Shown: in pieces, positions 1 to 10,249 of the stretch
Layout: every line of letters begins with the position of its first letter
Numbering within the stretch: the stretch's first letter is position 1
Source of the DNA: Octopus sinensis
Taxonomy: Eukaryota
Length of the DNA stretch: 64,000 bases
Assembly: GCF_006345805.1 (NCBI RefSeq)
Contig: NC_043017.1
Span: forward strand, 3,162,001 to 3,226,000
Direction of reading: 5' to 3'
Notes under the pieces: model-generated
Told to the model about the DNA's origin: nothing
Seen by the model: only the letters and a program-made list of their open reading frames with translations
The model's database searches: none
Program-made: the position numbers and the translations under genes

Positions 1-100
1 GGAGACTTTGAACCGAGCGCTCGTCGGCATCTTCACCATCTCGTCCGGCAGCTTATTCCATGGATCCGCAACCCGCACGGAGAAAGCCCCTCTCCTTACA
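1..100 (-). mobile_element. CR1/L2-type LINE ORF2 C-terminal fragment (runs off window start)
   Basis: Minus strand reads RRGAFSVRVADPWNKLPDEMVKMPTSARFKVS, matching the RR.FFS.RV...WN.LP......S...FK tail of CR1/L2 ORF2. Confidence 0.7.
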
Positions 101-618
101 AGGACTCCGAAATACGATGGACGAAAATAGAGATATACCGTATTTGATAGCATTTAAGATGCATAATGCTTCCAAAAAATGTCGCAAAAATTATCCTGGG
201 ACCTGTAAGCAAAATTGGGCCCATATTCCATGCGTTAATGTATGAAAAACATTTTCCCCTGAATATGCGCTGCTGAGATTGGAGTCCATCTAATATGCCC
301 ATATATCTTTTATGTCATTAAATGCGGTACTCACGATATGGTGGACTCTGTTATTGGTAAATAAGGTCAGCGGGTGATATTAAATTTAGCAACGTATTAG
401 ATAGATGATAGACGGTGAGTAGATGGAAACTATGGAAGCCCATCGGTACTCGCTGATTCTGCCTAAGAACTACGCTTTTAAACACAAGTGTCTGTGGTGT
501 ACACAACCACTTAACGCTATAACTAAACGAATTGCCAGTTCAGTTGATAGAACAACTGGGTTACTTATCGCACAAACCCCGACACAAATCTATTTCATTC
601 TGTTTTATTTTACCGTAG

Positions 619-797
619 GTTTACCTGCAGTAGTAAACATCGCCCCTACTGCGAAAGGCCACACTGTGGATGATGTCCCATTAGAGGAAGCTTGCAGGAA
701 ACTTGAAGAAGCTGGAGCTGCAGTTGTAGGTCTCAACTGTAGCAGGGGACCAAAGGCGATGGTTCCTCTCCTGAAAAGGGTCAGACAAGCTTGTAAG
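619..797 (+). CDS. BHMT: BHMT-like homocysteine S-methyltransferase, internal exon (phase 1 to 0)
   Basis: AG acceptor at 617-618 after a pyrimidine tract, GTAACG donor at 798. Encodes GLPAVVNIAP...AGAAVVGLNCSRGPKAMVPLL, with the G(L/V)NC Zn-ligand motif of the S-methyl_trans family. Upstream exons not found in the window. Confidence 0.9.
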
Positions 798-983
798 GTA
801 ACGTACTGTGTCTTAATTTGAAAGTCTGCTTAGAAATTGTTGTTCTTGTTGTTGTTCTTGTTGCTATTGTTGGTGGTAGTGGCGGTGGTGGCGGTGGTGA
901 CGGTGGTGGCGTTAGTGGTGGTGGTGATGATAGTGGTGTTGTTGTGGTTGTTGTTGTTGCTGCTGCTGCTGTTACTGTTGATC

Positions 984-1322
984 GAAGCGGTCTTCGTCCC
1001 ATTAGTGGGAGAAGAGCGAAACGTGGTCCTTTGCTATTCGTAAGACCCGCAGAAGAGAAAGCAGGTCAACCCCCGACACCGAGAGCATCGACGGATGGAT
1101 GAATGCGCATCCAGGCTCAGCGGTTGCGTAGGAAGTCGGGGACCAGAAACAGAAAGAAAGAGTGAGAGAAAGTTGTGGCGAAAGAGTACAACAGGGGTCG
1201 CCACCACCCCTGCCGGAGCCTCGTGGAGTTTTAGGTGTTTTCGCTCAATAAACACACACAACGCCTGGTCTGGGAATTGAAACCGCGAGTCCGCTGCCCT
1301 ACCACTGGGCTATTGCGCCTCC
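984..1322 (-). mobile_element. tRNA-derived SINE (family D, head GGAGGCGCAATGGCCCAGTGG), variant tail
   Basis: tRNA-like head at 1322. Body shared with copies at 22588-22952, 59049, 60690 and 61997; tail shared with 10250-10524. Confidence 0.8.
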
Positions 1323-1924
1323 ACTGCTGCAGCTGGTGTTATTGTTGGAGGTGGTGGTGGTGGTGGTGGTAGATGTTCTGTTGTTGATAGTGGTGATGGT
1401 GGCGCTGATGGTGCTGGTGTTGGTGCTGGTGGTAGTGGTACCGGTGCTTGTGCTGGAAGCGGCGGCGGTGGCGTGGTATTATTGTTGGTGGTGGTTCTGT
1501 TACTGATGTAATTATTTTTTCGTGGCGGAGGTGGTTTTGATGCTTGTCTGTTATGTACGAAGAAAGCATAAAACTCGAGGCGCGCAAAAGATATTTCACA
1601 GAATATTCAAACATATCAAAAATTTACGTAAGAAATGAATGACAAGTAAAATAATTAAAAAAACCCACATATATACCACAATCCACACAGGGAAGATGAC
1701 CCTAGGTCGCCTAGGTTGGACTAGAACGCCCTACGACCCCTATCAGGTACCACACGTTGACTGGAAGCTGGTAAATCTTGAAATCCCGGTACACATTCTC
1801 TGCGTTTGACGGGGCCAGAACTGTCCTATGTCCTTCGGGCAGGCTTGCTTCAGTGAGGATTGAACATTTGTGTGGGTTTTCATCAATAGTTTGTTAGACG
1901 TATAGTATTTCTTTCTGTATGTTA

Positions 1925-2046
1925 AAGGTCAAATTTGCCTTTCGTCCTTCCAGGGTCGGTAAATTAAGTACCAGTCGAGCACTTGGCTCGATGTAATCGA
2001 CTAGTCCCCTCCCCAAAAATTTCAGGCCTTGTGCTAAAAGAAGAAA
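1925..2046 (+). mobile_element. SINE family A 3' part, ending in (ATT)n
   Basis: TTGCCTTTCGTCCTT...GTACCAG...GATGTAATCGAC core shared with many copies; (ATT)n at 2047-2126. Confidence 0.7.
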
Positions 2047-2055
2047 TTGTTATTA

Positions 2056-2126
<71 letters not shown>

Positions 2127-2543
2127 GTCGTTGTTACTCTTGTTATTACATGTGACATCTTTTTAAATATTCTACATCATGTTGACACCCACCTCTCGCT
2201 CGTTTTAAATACCTGTCTGTTTATAGTTCTCTGTTAGATTTCATTTAGATTATGAAAAGCACCTGTTTTAACAATTGTTTTCTGGGCTTGTAGGCGTGGG
2301 CGTGCATCGTCATTTAATTACAAGAAGCCTTGTTTACAAAACTGAACCGAAGTATGGAGAAGAGAGCTTTCTAAAAAATCGAACCTTTGAGAGTGTCTAC
2401 AAAATGTGACAATTAACACGATGTTGAAATAATCATCCCATTTCTTTTTAATTAATGGTTATTTTACATCTGATGAAATTAAAACTTGCTTGATAACCGT
2501 TCCGTCACTGCAATAACCTGTTGTCATTATTTTAACATTTTAG

Positions 2544-2625
2544 GGGCCAATATCAGCTTTGCCCGTCCCCTACCGCACTAACGAGGAAATAATAACATAT
2601 CAAATGTTCAAGGATCCTTATACAG
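2544..2625 (+). CDS. BHMT: BHMT-like, penultimate coding exon (phase 0 to 1)
   Basis: TTTTAG acceptor, GTTTGA donor at 2626, 82 nt. Encodes GPISALPVPYRTNEEIITYQMFKDPYT and joins both neighbouring exons in frame. Not in the ORF track. Confidence 0.88.
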
Positions 2626-3039
2626 GTTTGATATAGTATTTCGTTTATTTTATTTACTTTTATATTTTATTACTGATTTTAGCCATGAGAAAGAGAGCGT
2701 TTCGGCTGGTGCAACCGCCCACGATTTTGTTTTTATACCGACCACGATATGTTTTACGTGTAAACATGCCGACCATGATGAAATATAACCTTGATCGCAA
2801 ACAGCTAAATGTTGTCGACAGAAAGAGCAACCGGCTGTAGACCTGCCACTATGAAATCGATCCTACCCATGCAAGAATAGAAATGTGGTCGCTAAAACGA
2901 GGATAATGACCATGATGACGATATTACAACTTCAACTAATTGAATAACAGAATCTCTTCATAATAATAACAGGTGTCTTGTGAATGATTATAAACGATAC
3001 AGATAATTCGTAACCAACATACTATGACTTACAAGTATA

Positions 3040-3196
3040 TATTTCTTTACTGCCCACAAGGGGCTAAACATAGAGGAGACAAACAAGGACAGACAAAGGG
3101 ATTAAGTCGATTACATCGACCCCAGTGCGTAACTGGTACTTTATTTATCGACCCCGAAAGGATGAAAGGCAAAGTCGACCTCGGCGGAATTTGAAC
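3040..3196 (-). mobile_element. SINE family A, 5'-truncated
   Basis: TATTTCTTTACTGCCCACAAGGGG...GAAAGGATGAAAGGCAAAGTCGACCTCGGCGGAATTTGAAC, identical in layout to other copies. Confidence 0.85.
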
Positions 3197-3735
3197 ATAA
3201 GCAACAAAAACATTACTACTAGCATTGCACAAATACGGCAGTTGATTGGCAAAATCGTTAAAATTGTTCCGGTTGTTGGTGTTTCAAGTTAGTAACCTGC
3301 TGAGGTCTACTTTGCATTTCATCCTTCTGTGGTCAGCGAATAAGGTAACCAGTATAATACGAGCCAAAACAAAACACTACATGTACACAAAGAACACAGA
3401 GACGCATTAAGTTATACAGTTTAATTCATATATCTTGTATCATTCTGGAGATTTCTAAAAGGGATGAAATAGTTCTTTGCATGGATATCACTGACTAGAA
3501 ATTTTAAGAACTTCGTAATAAGAAAGCAACAAAATAAAATATATAGATAGGTGTATTCTATGTATCTTTTTGTATTCACACTTCTAATCTCGCCAAATAT
3601 TATGTAAAAATTATTATCACCCTTGTATTTTTATCTTCTATGTATTAACTGTCCGCTTGATGTGTTTGAAAAATAAAACAGTTGAGAAGTACGTTTACAT
3701 GCTTGTTGATAAAGTTGGGTTTAATATAATTTCAG

Positions 3736-4007
3736 AACAATACACTTTCCCGAGCAACATGGCACAGTTCCAGTGCAGCAGGAATGAAATTGAATTCTTT
3801 GGCAATGCCTGTAAAGAGATTGGAGTTCAGTATATCGGTCTTTGCTGCGGAAATACGTCTGATTACTTCCGCCTTCTGTGTGAGACTTGTGGAAAAACAA
3901 CCAAGGCCAGCCGCTATACAACAGATATGTCGAATCATTATCTTAACACCGACAAGGGTCTTAGCGAATACAATGCAAAAGTGAGGAAAGCACTCCTTGG
4001 TTTGTAA
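3736..4007 (+). CDS. BHMT: BHMT-like, last coding exon
   Basis: TTTCAG acceptor, phase 1. Encodes QYTFPSNMAQFQCSRNE...YIGLCCGN...ASRYTTDMSNH...LGL* with the GxCCG Zn-ligand motif; TAA at 4005-4007. Confidence 0.9.
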
Positions 4008-4146
4008 AACTACCAACGATCGTATCGCTCGAAGAACTTCGCCCTTTGTTTTTTATAACAACAAACAGAAAATCTACTTCAGATGTGACGATGGTATTTT
4101 CTTGAATTCTGCAAATGTAAATATATTCCACAATAATTAGTAGGGA

Positions 4147-4190
<44 letters not shown>

Positions 4191-4268
4191 TGCATGTATC
4201 AAAACAATATATACATATACAAATATACGTACATATACACATACATATAGACGAAAGCATGCACACAC

Positions 4269-4344
<76 letters not shown>

Positions 4345-4664
4345 ATTACAAATATACATACATAAATATATATATATATATATATCCGTAATAATGAAGG
4401 GTGAAATTAATTAATTTGGAAAAATTATCAATTACACCAAGTAGTCTTCGGCATGTAAAAGCCTCATTCGAGGAAAATTTAAGTAATACTAAGCAATAAG
4501 GGTTTAGCAACGAGTTGCCTTACCACATACCGAATTTAGAAATAGCAGTCAAAGGGTTACAGCTATTTCTTCTACTAAAAAGGGAGATCTCAGTAAAAAC
4601 AGCATTTGGAAGGCACAAACAGGTAAGAGAGAATGAATTGACTGCAATCTATCATACATTTTTT

Positions 4665-4789
4665 TAGTTATCCACGGACGTACGTTTCGAAATCAAGTTT
4701 TAAGGAAAGCATACGAACTAAATATTAAATATTAAATAATAATAATTCTATCTTACCGAAACTTCTTTTCTCTTCAGCGTAGAATACTA
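4665..4789 (-). ncRNA. Type I hammerhead ribozyme, copy 1 (predicted cleavage 4677/4676)
   Basis: Reverse complement of core: TCTTCAG 4771-4777 and GACGTACGTTTC 4677-4688. Stems as described for 7977-8102. Confidence 0.85.
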
Positions 4790-5263
4790 TAATCATAAAT
4801 GATTATATATTGAATTTTGAGACACCAGAAGGCACCAACTCCACTCAGTATCAGTGCGAGCTAGAACCCGCAACTGGTATCACCGAATTCAATTTGTGAA
4901 TGAAACGATTGTGTCAACAGCCCCTTCCACCCGCGTGTAGCCAAAACAAGATGCTGTGGTCATCTACTGAGATAAAATATGGTTATCCGTAATAATGAAG
5001 GTGAAATTAATTAATTTGGAAAAATTATCAATTACACCAAGTAGTCTTCGGCATGTAAAAGCCTCATTCGAGGAAAATTTAAGTAATACTAAGCAATAAG
5101 GGTTTAGCAACGAGTTGCCTTACCACATACCGAATTTAGAAATAGCAGTCAAAGGTTATAGCTATTTCTTCTACTAAAAAGGGAGATCTCAGTAAAAACA
5201 GCATTTGGAAGGCACAAACAGGTAAGAGAGAATGAATTGACTGCAATCTATCATACATTTTTT

Positions 5264-5389
5264 TAGTTATCCACGGACGTACGTTTCGAAATCAAGTTTT
5301 AAGGAAAGCATACGAACTAAATATTAAATATTAAATAATAAATAATTCTATCTTACCGAAACTTCTTTTCTCTTCAGCGTAGAATACTA
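5264..5389 (-). ncRNA. Type I hammerhead ribozyme, copy 2 (cleavage 5276/5275)
   Basis: TCTTCAG 5371-5377 and GACGTACGTTTC from 5276; core intact. Confidence 0.85.
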
Positions 5390-5860
5390 TAATCATAAAT
5401 GATTATATATTGAATTTTGAGACACCAGAAGGCACCAACTCCACTCAGTATCAGTGCGAGCTAGAACCCGCAACTGGTATCACCGAATTCAATTTGTGAA
5501 TGAACGATTGTGTCAACAGCCCCTTCCCACCCGCGTGTAGCCAAAACAGATGCTGTGGTCATCTACTGAGATAAAATATGTTATCCGTAATAATGAAGGG
5601 TGAAATTAATTAATTTGGAAAAATTATCAATACACCAAGTAGTCTTCGGCATGTAAAAGCCTCATTCGAGGAAAATTTAAGTAATACTAAGCAATAAGGG
5701 TTTAGCAACGAGTTGCCTTACCACATACCGAATTTAGAAATAGCAGTCAAAGGGTTATAGCTATTTCTTCTACTAAAAAGGAGATCTCAGTAAAAACAGC
5801 ATTTGGAAGGCACAAACAGTAAGAGAGAATGAATTGACTGCAATCTATCATACATTTTTT

Positions 5861-5985
5861 TAGTTATCCACGGACGTACGTTTCGAAATCAAGTTTTAAG
5901 GAAAGCATACGAACTAAATATTAAATATAAATAATAAATAATTCTATCTTACCGAAACTTCTTTTCTCTTCAGCGTAGAATACTA
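5861..5985 (-). ncRNA. Type I hammerhead ribozyme, copy 3 (cleavage 5873/5872)
   Basis: TCTTCAG 5967-5973 and GACGTACGTTTC from 5873; core intact. Confidence 0.85.
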
Positions 5986-6459
5986 TAATCATAAATGATT
6001 ATATATTGAATTTTGAGACACCAGAAGGCACCAACTCCACTCAGTATCAGTGCGAGCTAGAACCCGCACTGGTATCACCGAATTCAATTTGTGAATGAAA
6101 CGATTGTGTCAACAGCCCCTTCCCACCCGCGTGTAGCCAAAACAAGATGCTGTGGTCATCTACTGAGATAAAATATGGTTATCCGTAATAATGAAGGTGA
6201 AATTAATTAATTTGGAAAAATTATCAATTACACCAAGTAGTCTTCGGCATGTAAAAGCCTCATTCGAGGAAAATTTAAGTAATACTAAGCAATAAGGGTT
6301 TAGCAACGAGTTGCCTTACCACATACCGAATTTAGAAATAGCAGTCAAAGGTTATAGCTATTTCTTCTACTAAAAAGGGAGATCTCAGTAAAAACAGCAT
6401 TTGGAAGGCACAAACAGGTAAGAGAGAATGAATTGACTGCAATCTATCATACATTTTTT

Positions 6460-6584
6460 TAGTTATCCACGGACGTACGTTTCGAAATCAAGTTTTAAGG
6501 AAAGCATACGAACTAAATATTAAATATTAAATAATAATAATTCTATCTTACCGAAACTTCTTTTCTCTTCAGCGTAGAATACTA
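6460..6584 (-). ncRNA. Type I hammerhead ribozyme, copy 4 (cleavage 6472/6471)
   Basis: TCTTCAG 6566-6572 and GACGTACGTTTC from 6472; core intact. Confidence 0.85.
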
Positions 6585-7067
6585 TAATCATAAATGATTA
6601 TATTGAATTTTGAGACACCAGAAGGCACCAACTCCACTCAGTATCAGTGCGAGCTAGAACCCGCAACTGGTATCACCGAATTCAATTTGTGAATGAACGA
6701 TTGTGTCAACAGCCCCTCGCACAGCCCCTTCCCACCCGCGTGTAGCCAAAACAAGATGCTGTGGTCATCTACTGAGATAAAATATGGTTATCCGTAATAA
6801 TGAAGGGTGAAATTAATAATTTGGAAAAATTATCAATTACACCAGTAGTCTTCGGCATGTAAAAGCCTCATTCGAGGAAAATTTAAGTAATACTAAGCAA
6901 TAAGGGTTTAGCAACGAGTTGCCTTACCACATACCGAATTTAGAAATAGCAGTCAAAGGTTATAGCTATTTCTTCTACTAAAAAGGGAGATCTCAGTAAA
7001 AACAGCATTTGGAAGGCACAAACAGGTAAGAGAGAATGAATTGACTGCAATCTATCATACATTTTTT

Positions 7068-7192
7068 TAGTTATCCACGGACGTACGTTTCGAAATCAAG
7101 TTTTAAGGAAAGCATACGAACTAAATATTAAATATTAAATAATAATAATTCTATCTTACCGAAACTTCTTTTCTCTTCAGCGTAGAATACTA
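7068..7192 (-). ncRNA. Type I hammerhead ribozyme, copy 5 (cleavage 7080/7079)
   Basis: TCTTCAG 7174-7180 and GACGTACGTTTC from 7080; core intact. Confidence 0.85.
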
Positions 7193-7667
7193 TAATCATA
7201 AATGATTATATATTGAATTTTGAGACACCAGAAGGCACCAACTCCACTCAGTATCAGTGCGAGCTAGAACCCGCAACTGGTATCACCGAATTCAATTTGT
7301 GAATGAAACGATTGTGTCAACAGCCCCTTCCACCCGCGTGTAGCCAAAACAAGATGCTGTGGTCATCTACTGAGATAAAATATGGTTATCCGTAATAATG
7401 AAGGGTGAAATTAATTAATTTGGAAAAATTATCATTACACCAAGTAGTCTTCGGCATGTAAAAGCCTCATTCGAGGAAAATTTAAGTAATACTAAGCAAT
7501 AAGGGTTTAGCAATGAGTTGCCTTACCACATACCGAATTTAGAAATAGCAGTCAAAGGGTTATAGCTATTTCTTCTACTAAAAAGGGAGATCTCAGTAAA
7601 AACAGCATTTGGAAGGCACAAACAGGTAAGAGAGAATGAATTGACTGCAATCTATCATACATTTTTT

Positions 7668-7793
7668 TAGTTATCCACGGACGTACGTTTCGAAATCAAG
7701 TTTTAAGGAAAGCATACGAACTAAATATTAAATATTAAATAATAAATAATTCTATCTTACCGAAACTTCTTTTCTCTTCAGCGTAGAATACTA
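7668..7793 (-). ncRNA. Type I hammerhead ribozyme, copy 6 (cleavage 7680/7679)
   Basis: TCTTCAG 7775-7781 and GACGTACGTTTC from 7680; core intact. Confidence 0.85.
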
Positions 7794-7976
7794 TAATCAT
7801 AAATGATTATATATTGAATTTTGAGACACCAGAAGGCACCAACTCCACTCAGTATCAGTGCGAGCTAGAACCCGCAACTGGTATCACCGAATTCAATTTG
7901 TGAATGAAACGATTGTGTCAACAGCCCCTTCCCACCCGCGTGTAGCCAAAATTCAATATATAATCATTTATGATTA

Positions 7977-8102
7977 TAGTATTCTACGCTGAAGAGAAAA
8001 GAAGTTTCGGTAAGATAGAATTATTTATTATTTAATATTTAATATTTAGTTCGTATGCTTTCCTTAAAACTTGATTTCGAAACGTACGTCCGTGGATAAC
8101 TA
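7977..8102 (+). ncRNA. Type I hammerhead ribozyme in the inverted copy (cleavage after 8090)
   Basis: Stem I 7977-7988 / 8091-8102; CUGAAGA 7989-7995; stem II GAAA 7996-7999 / UUUC 8075-8078, then AAGUUU 8002-8007 / AAACUU 8067-8072; GAAA 8079-8082; C-GUAC-GUC 8083-8090. Confidence 0.87.
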
Positions 8103-9129
8103 AAAAAATGTATGATAGATTGCAGTCAATTCATTCTCTCTTACCTGTTTGTGCCTTCCAAATGCTGTTTTTACTGAGATCTCCCTTTTTAGTAGAAGAA
8201 ATAGCTATAACCCTTTGACTGCTATTTCTAAATTCGGTATGTGGTAAGGCAACTCGTTGCTAAACCCTTATTGCTTAGTATTACTATATATATATATATA
8301 TATTATACATATATGTGTGTGTGTGTGTGTGTATAAGCGTATATGCGCTCACACAAGCACATGTACGCGCACATACGTGCACACAACGCATTTACGTGAG
8401 TAAATGTGTGTGTGTGAGTGCATGTAGTGTAATAGTTATAATACAACTTAACAGAAAGAAGGGAAAACTCAATACACGAAAAGTAAAAGTAATTTTGTTA
8501 ATATAGAAAAGGTCAGTGCTCGGCGCCAGTATTTTCATACCAGTCAAAATAATTCTTAGTAGCTTGAAATTAATCCATTTTTTTTGCCATTGTGAACTGT
8601 CATAAAACAAGTAATGTTCATTAGCTTTTCGTTGTATTTTTTCCTATTAAAAGGGAAATTTGAAGCAAATAATTAAGAAAATATATTTGTATACGGCGTC
8701 TCTAGGGTATGACCCTTAAACTTTTGAAAAGTCATGCCTACGACCCGCTGAACTATTCCCTTTAGCTCGTTTTATTTATTTTATATCGTGTTTTGTCAAC
8801 TTACAAATCTCAAACTATATTCAATGGAAAGTCACGGTTTTTATTGGAATATATTTTTTAAAAGAATGTTCAAGAGCATACGGAAACCAATAAAATGTTA
8901 AAATCTGATTGTATTTATTTTGTTGTATTTGTTTTCACTTCTAAAACAGAATCCAAAAAATCACATTTTAAATGTCTTCGATCATAGCTATGTTTGCTCA
9001 GAGATTTCTCGGTGTTGCATGACGAATGAGGCTTTGTATGGTCTTACATTGTGCTAGAAATAAAAGACAAATTTTATCACAACAAAGAGCACCATCTTAA
9101 AGAATAGAAGGATAAACTGAATAATGTAG

Positions 9130-9760
9130 TTCTGGTTACACAATGTCTGAAAGAGAAAAAAAACATTGAATGGTCAGATGTCCATTAAGTCAGAGCTGAC
9201 CAGGATGATGAAGCTTCTTTAAGGCTGCAGAAGGCAACTGGTTCAATCAGGGATCTTGAGTTCCGTGTCTGGTCCCAACATGGCATCACAAGGCGAATAA
9301 AAGGTGTTATGTACCTATTTCTTTACTACCCAGTAGGGGCTAAACACAGAGGGAACAAACAAGGACAGACAAACAGATTAAGTCGATTACACCAACCCCA
9401 GTGCGTAACTGGTACTTATTTAATCGACCCCGAAAGGATGAACGGCAAAGTCGACTTCGGCGGAATTTGAACTCAGAACGTGACGGCAGACGAAATACGG
9501 CTACGCATTTCGCCCGGCGTGCTAACGTTTCTGCTAGCTCGCCGCCTTAAGGTGTTGTGTACCGTGTGTGCTGATGCCGCTCCTTTACACATTTGAGGCA
9601 TGGATCCTTTGCAGGCATCATGTAAAGTTTCTTGAACGCTTCCATCAGCGATGTCTACGACACATTCTAAATGTGTCCTTGCTAACTCCTAACACAGAAG
9701 ACTTCAGGGGAGCCAATATCCCGAGCATTGAGGCGATGGTGCACAACCGCCTGTTGTTAT
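9130..9760 (+). mobile_element. Degenerate RTE (BovB-like) LINE ORF2 fragment interrupted by a SINE
   Basis: LLYTFEAWILCRHHVKFLERFHQRCLRHILN...IPSIEAM is the RTE post-RT motif; upstream part is frameshifted. Confidence 0.75.
9316..9548 (-). mobile_element. Full-length SINE family A with 15-bp TSD
   Basis: tRNA-like head GGCGGCGAGCT.GCAGAAACGTTAGC at 9548. Flanked by AAGGTGTTATGTACC (9301-9315) and AAGGTGTTGTGTACC (9549-9563). Confidence 0.9.
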
Positions 9761-10249
9761 AGTCATTGTACATTGGAGAAGTTATCCTCTCAATAAAAGT
9801 ACTCGCATTGATTGCAGTTTATGTTTTAATTGATAATTAATTCATTGATCAATTAATGAATTATTGATTGATTTATCAAAATATATTGCCAAACAACCAT
9901 CAATTTCCCAATATCCACTGGTAACGAGTAATCTAGTTCAAATTGTGTCATGGTCGGCTGAACGACATTAAAATCAGCACCCAAGTAGTCTTGCCTGGAG
10001 TTGGGGGTTGCAAGAAACTTCTCCAATGTACAATGAAAGATAGCAACGACACCGCTTTAGGTATGGCCCTCTCGCACCTCAAACATCGGTTTTCTGTTTG
10101 CACTCTTGGTCCTATTCGCTGGGCGTGCCCACTCGTACGGCTGAACTCTGCACGCACCACTGCGTTGTTTCTTTGTGTGGTTGCAGGGTGTGACATGTTG
10201 GTGTGACAACGATAAATAAATAATAAAGTAAACATTATTAATATTTCAC

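Larger units (their letters stand above)
4383..8285 (-). mobile_element. Retrozyme-like element: six ~600-bp hammerhead-containing tandem units plus an inverted partial copy, in (TA)n
   Basis: Unit starts (TATCCGTAATAATG) at 4383, 4984, 5582, 6180, 6789 and 7387. Inverted copy at 7947-8285. No ORF of 60 aa or more in the track. One intact hammerhead core per unit. The repeat is directly seen; the retrozyme class is inferred. Confidence 0.8.

Noticed and set aside
1010-1035. GCGAAACGTGGTC in the SINE D tail resembling a hammerhead 3' half
   Set aside because: No upstream CUGANGA, and the second copy at about 10290 reads CCGAATCGTGGTC.
4441-4480. Second hammerhead-like string in each unit (minus strand CCUCGAAUGA-GGC-UUUUACAU-GCC-GAAGAC)
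   Set aside because: The core deviates at several invariant positions (no CUGANGA, GAAG instead of GAAA), there is no credible stem I or III, and CCUC/GAGG forms a competing hairpin.
4383-7951. CRISPR-like or ordinary satellite interpretation of the array
   Set aside because: There are no unique spacers and the context is eukaryotic. The per-unit ribozyme, terminal inversion and dispersed relative argue against a simple satellite.
9946-10208. Possible solo LTR (TGTCA...TGACA)
   Set aside because: No convincing 4-6-bp TSD, two alternative ends, and no second copy in the window.
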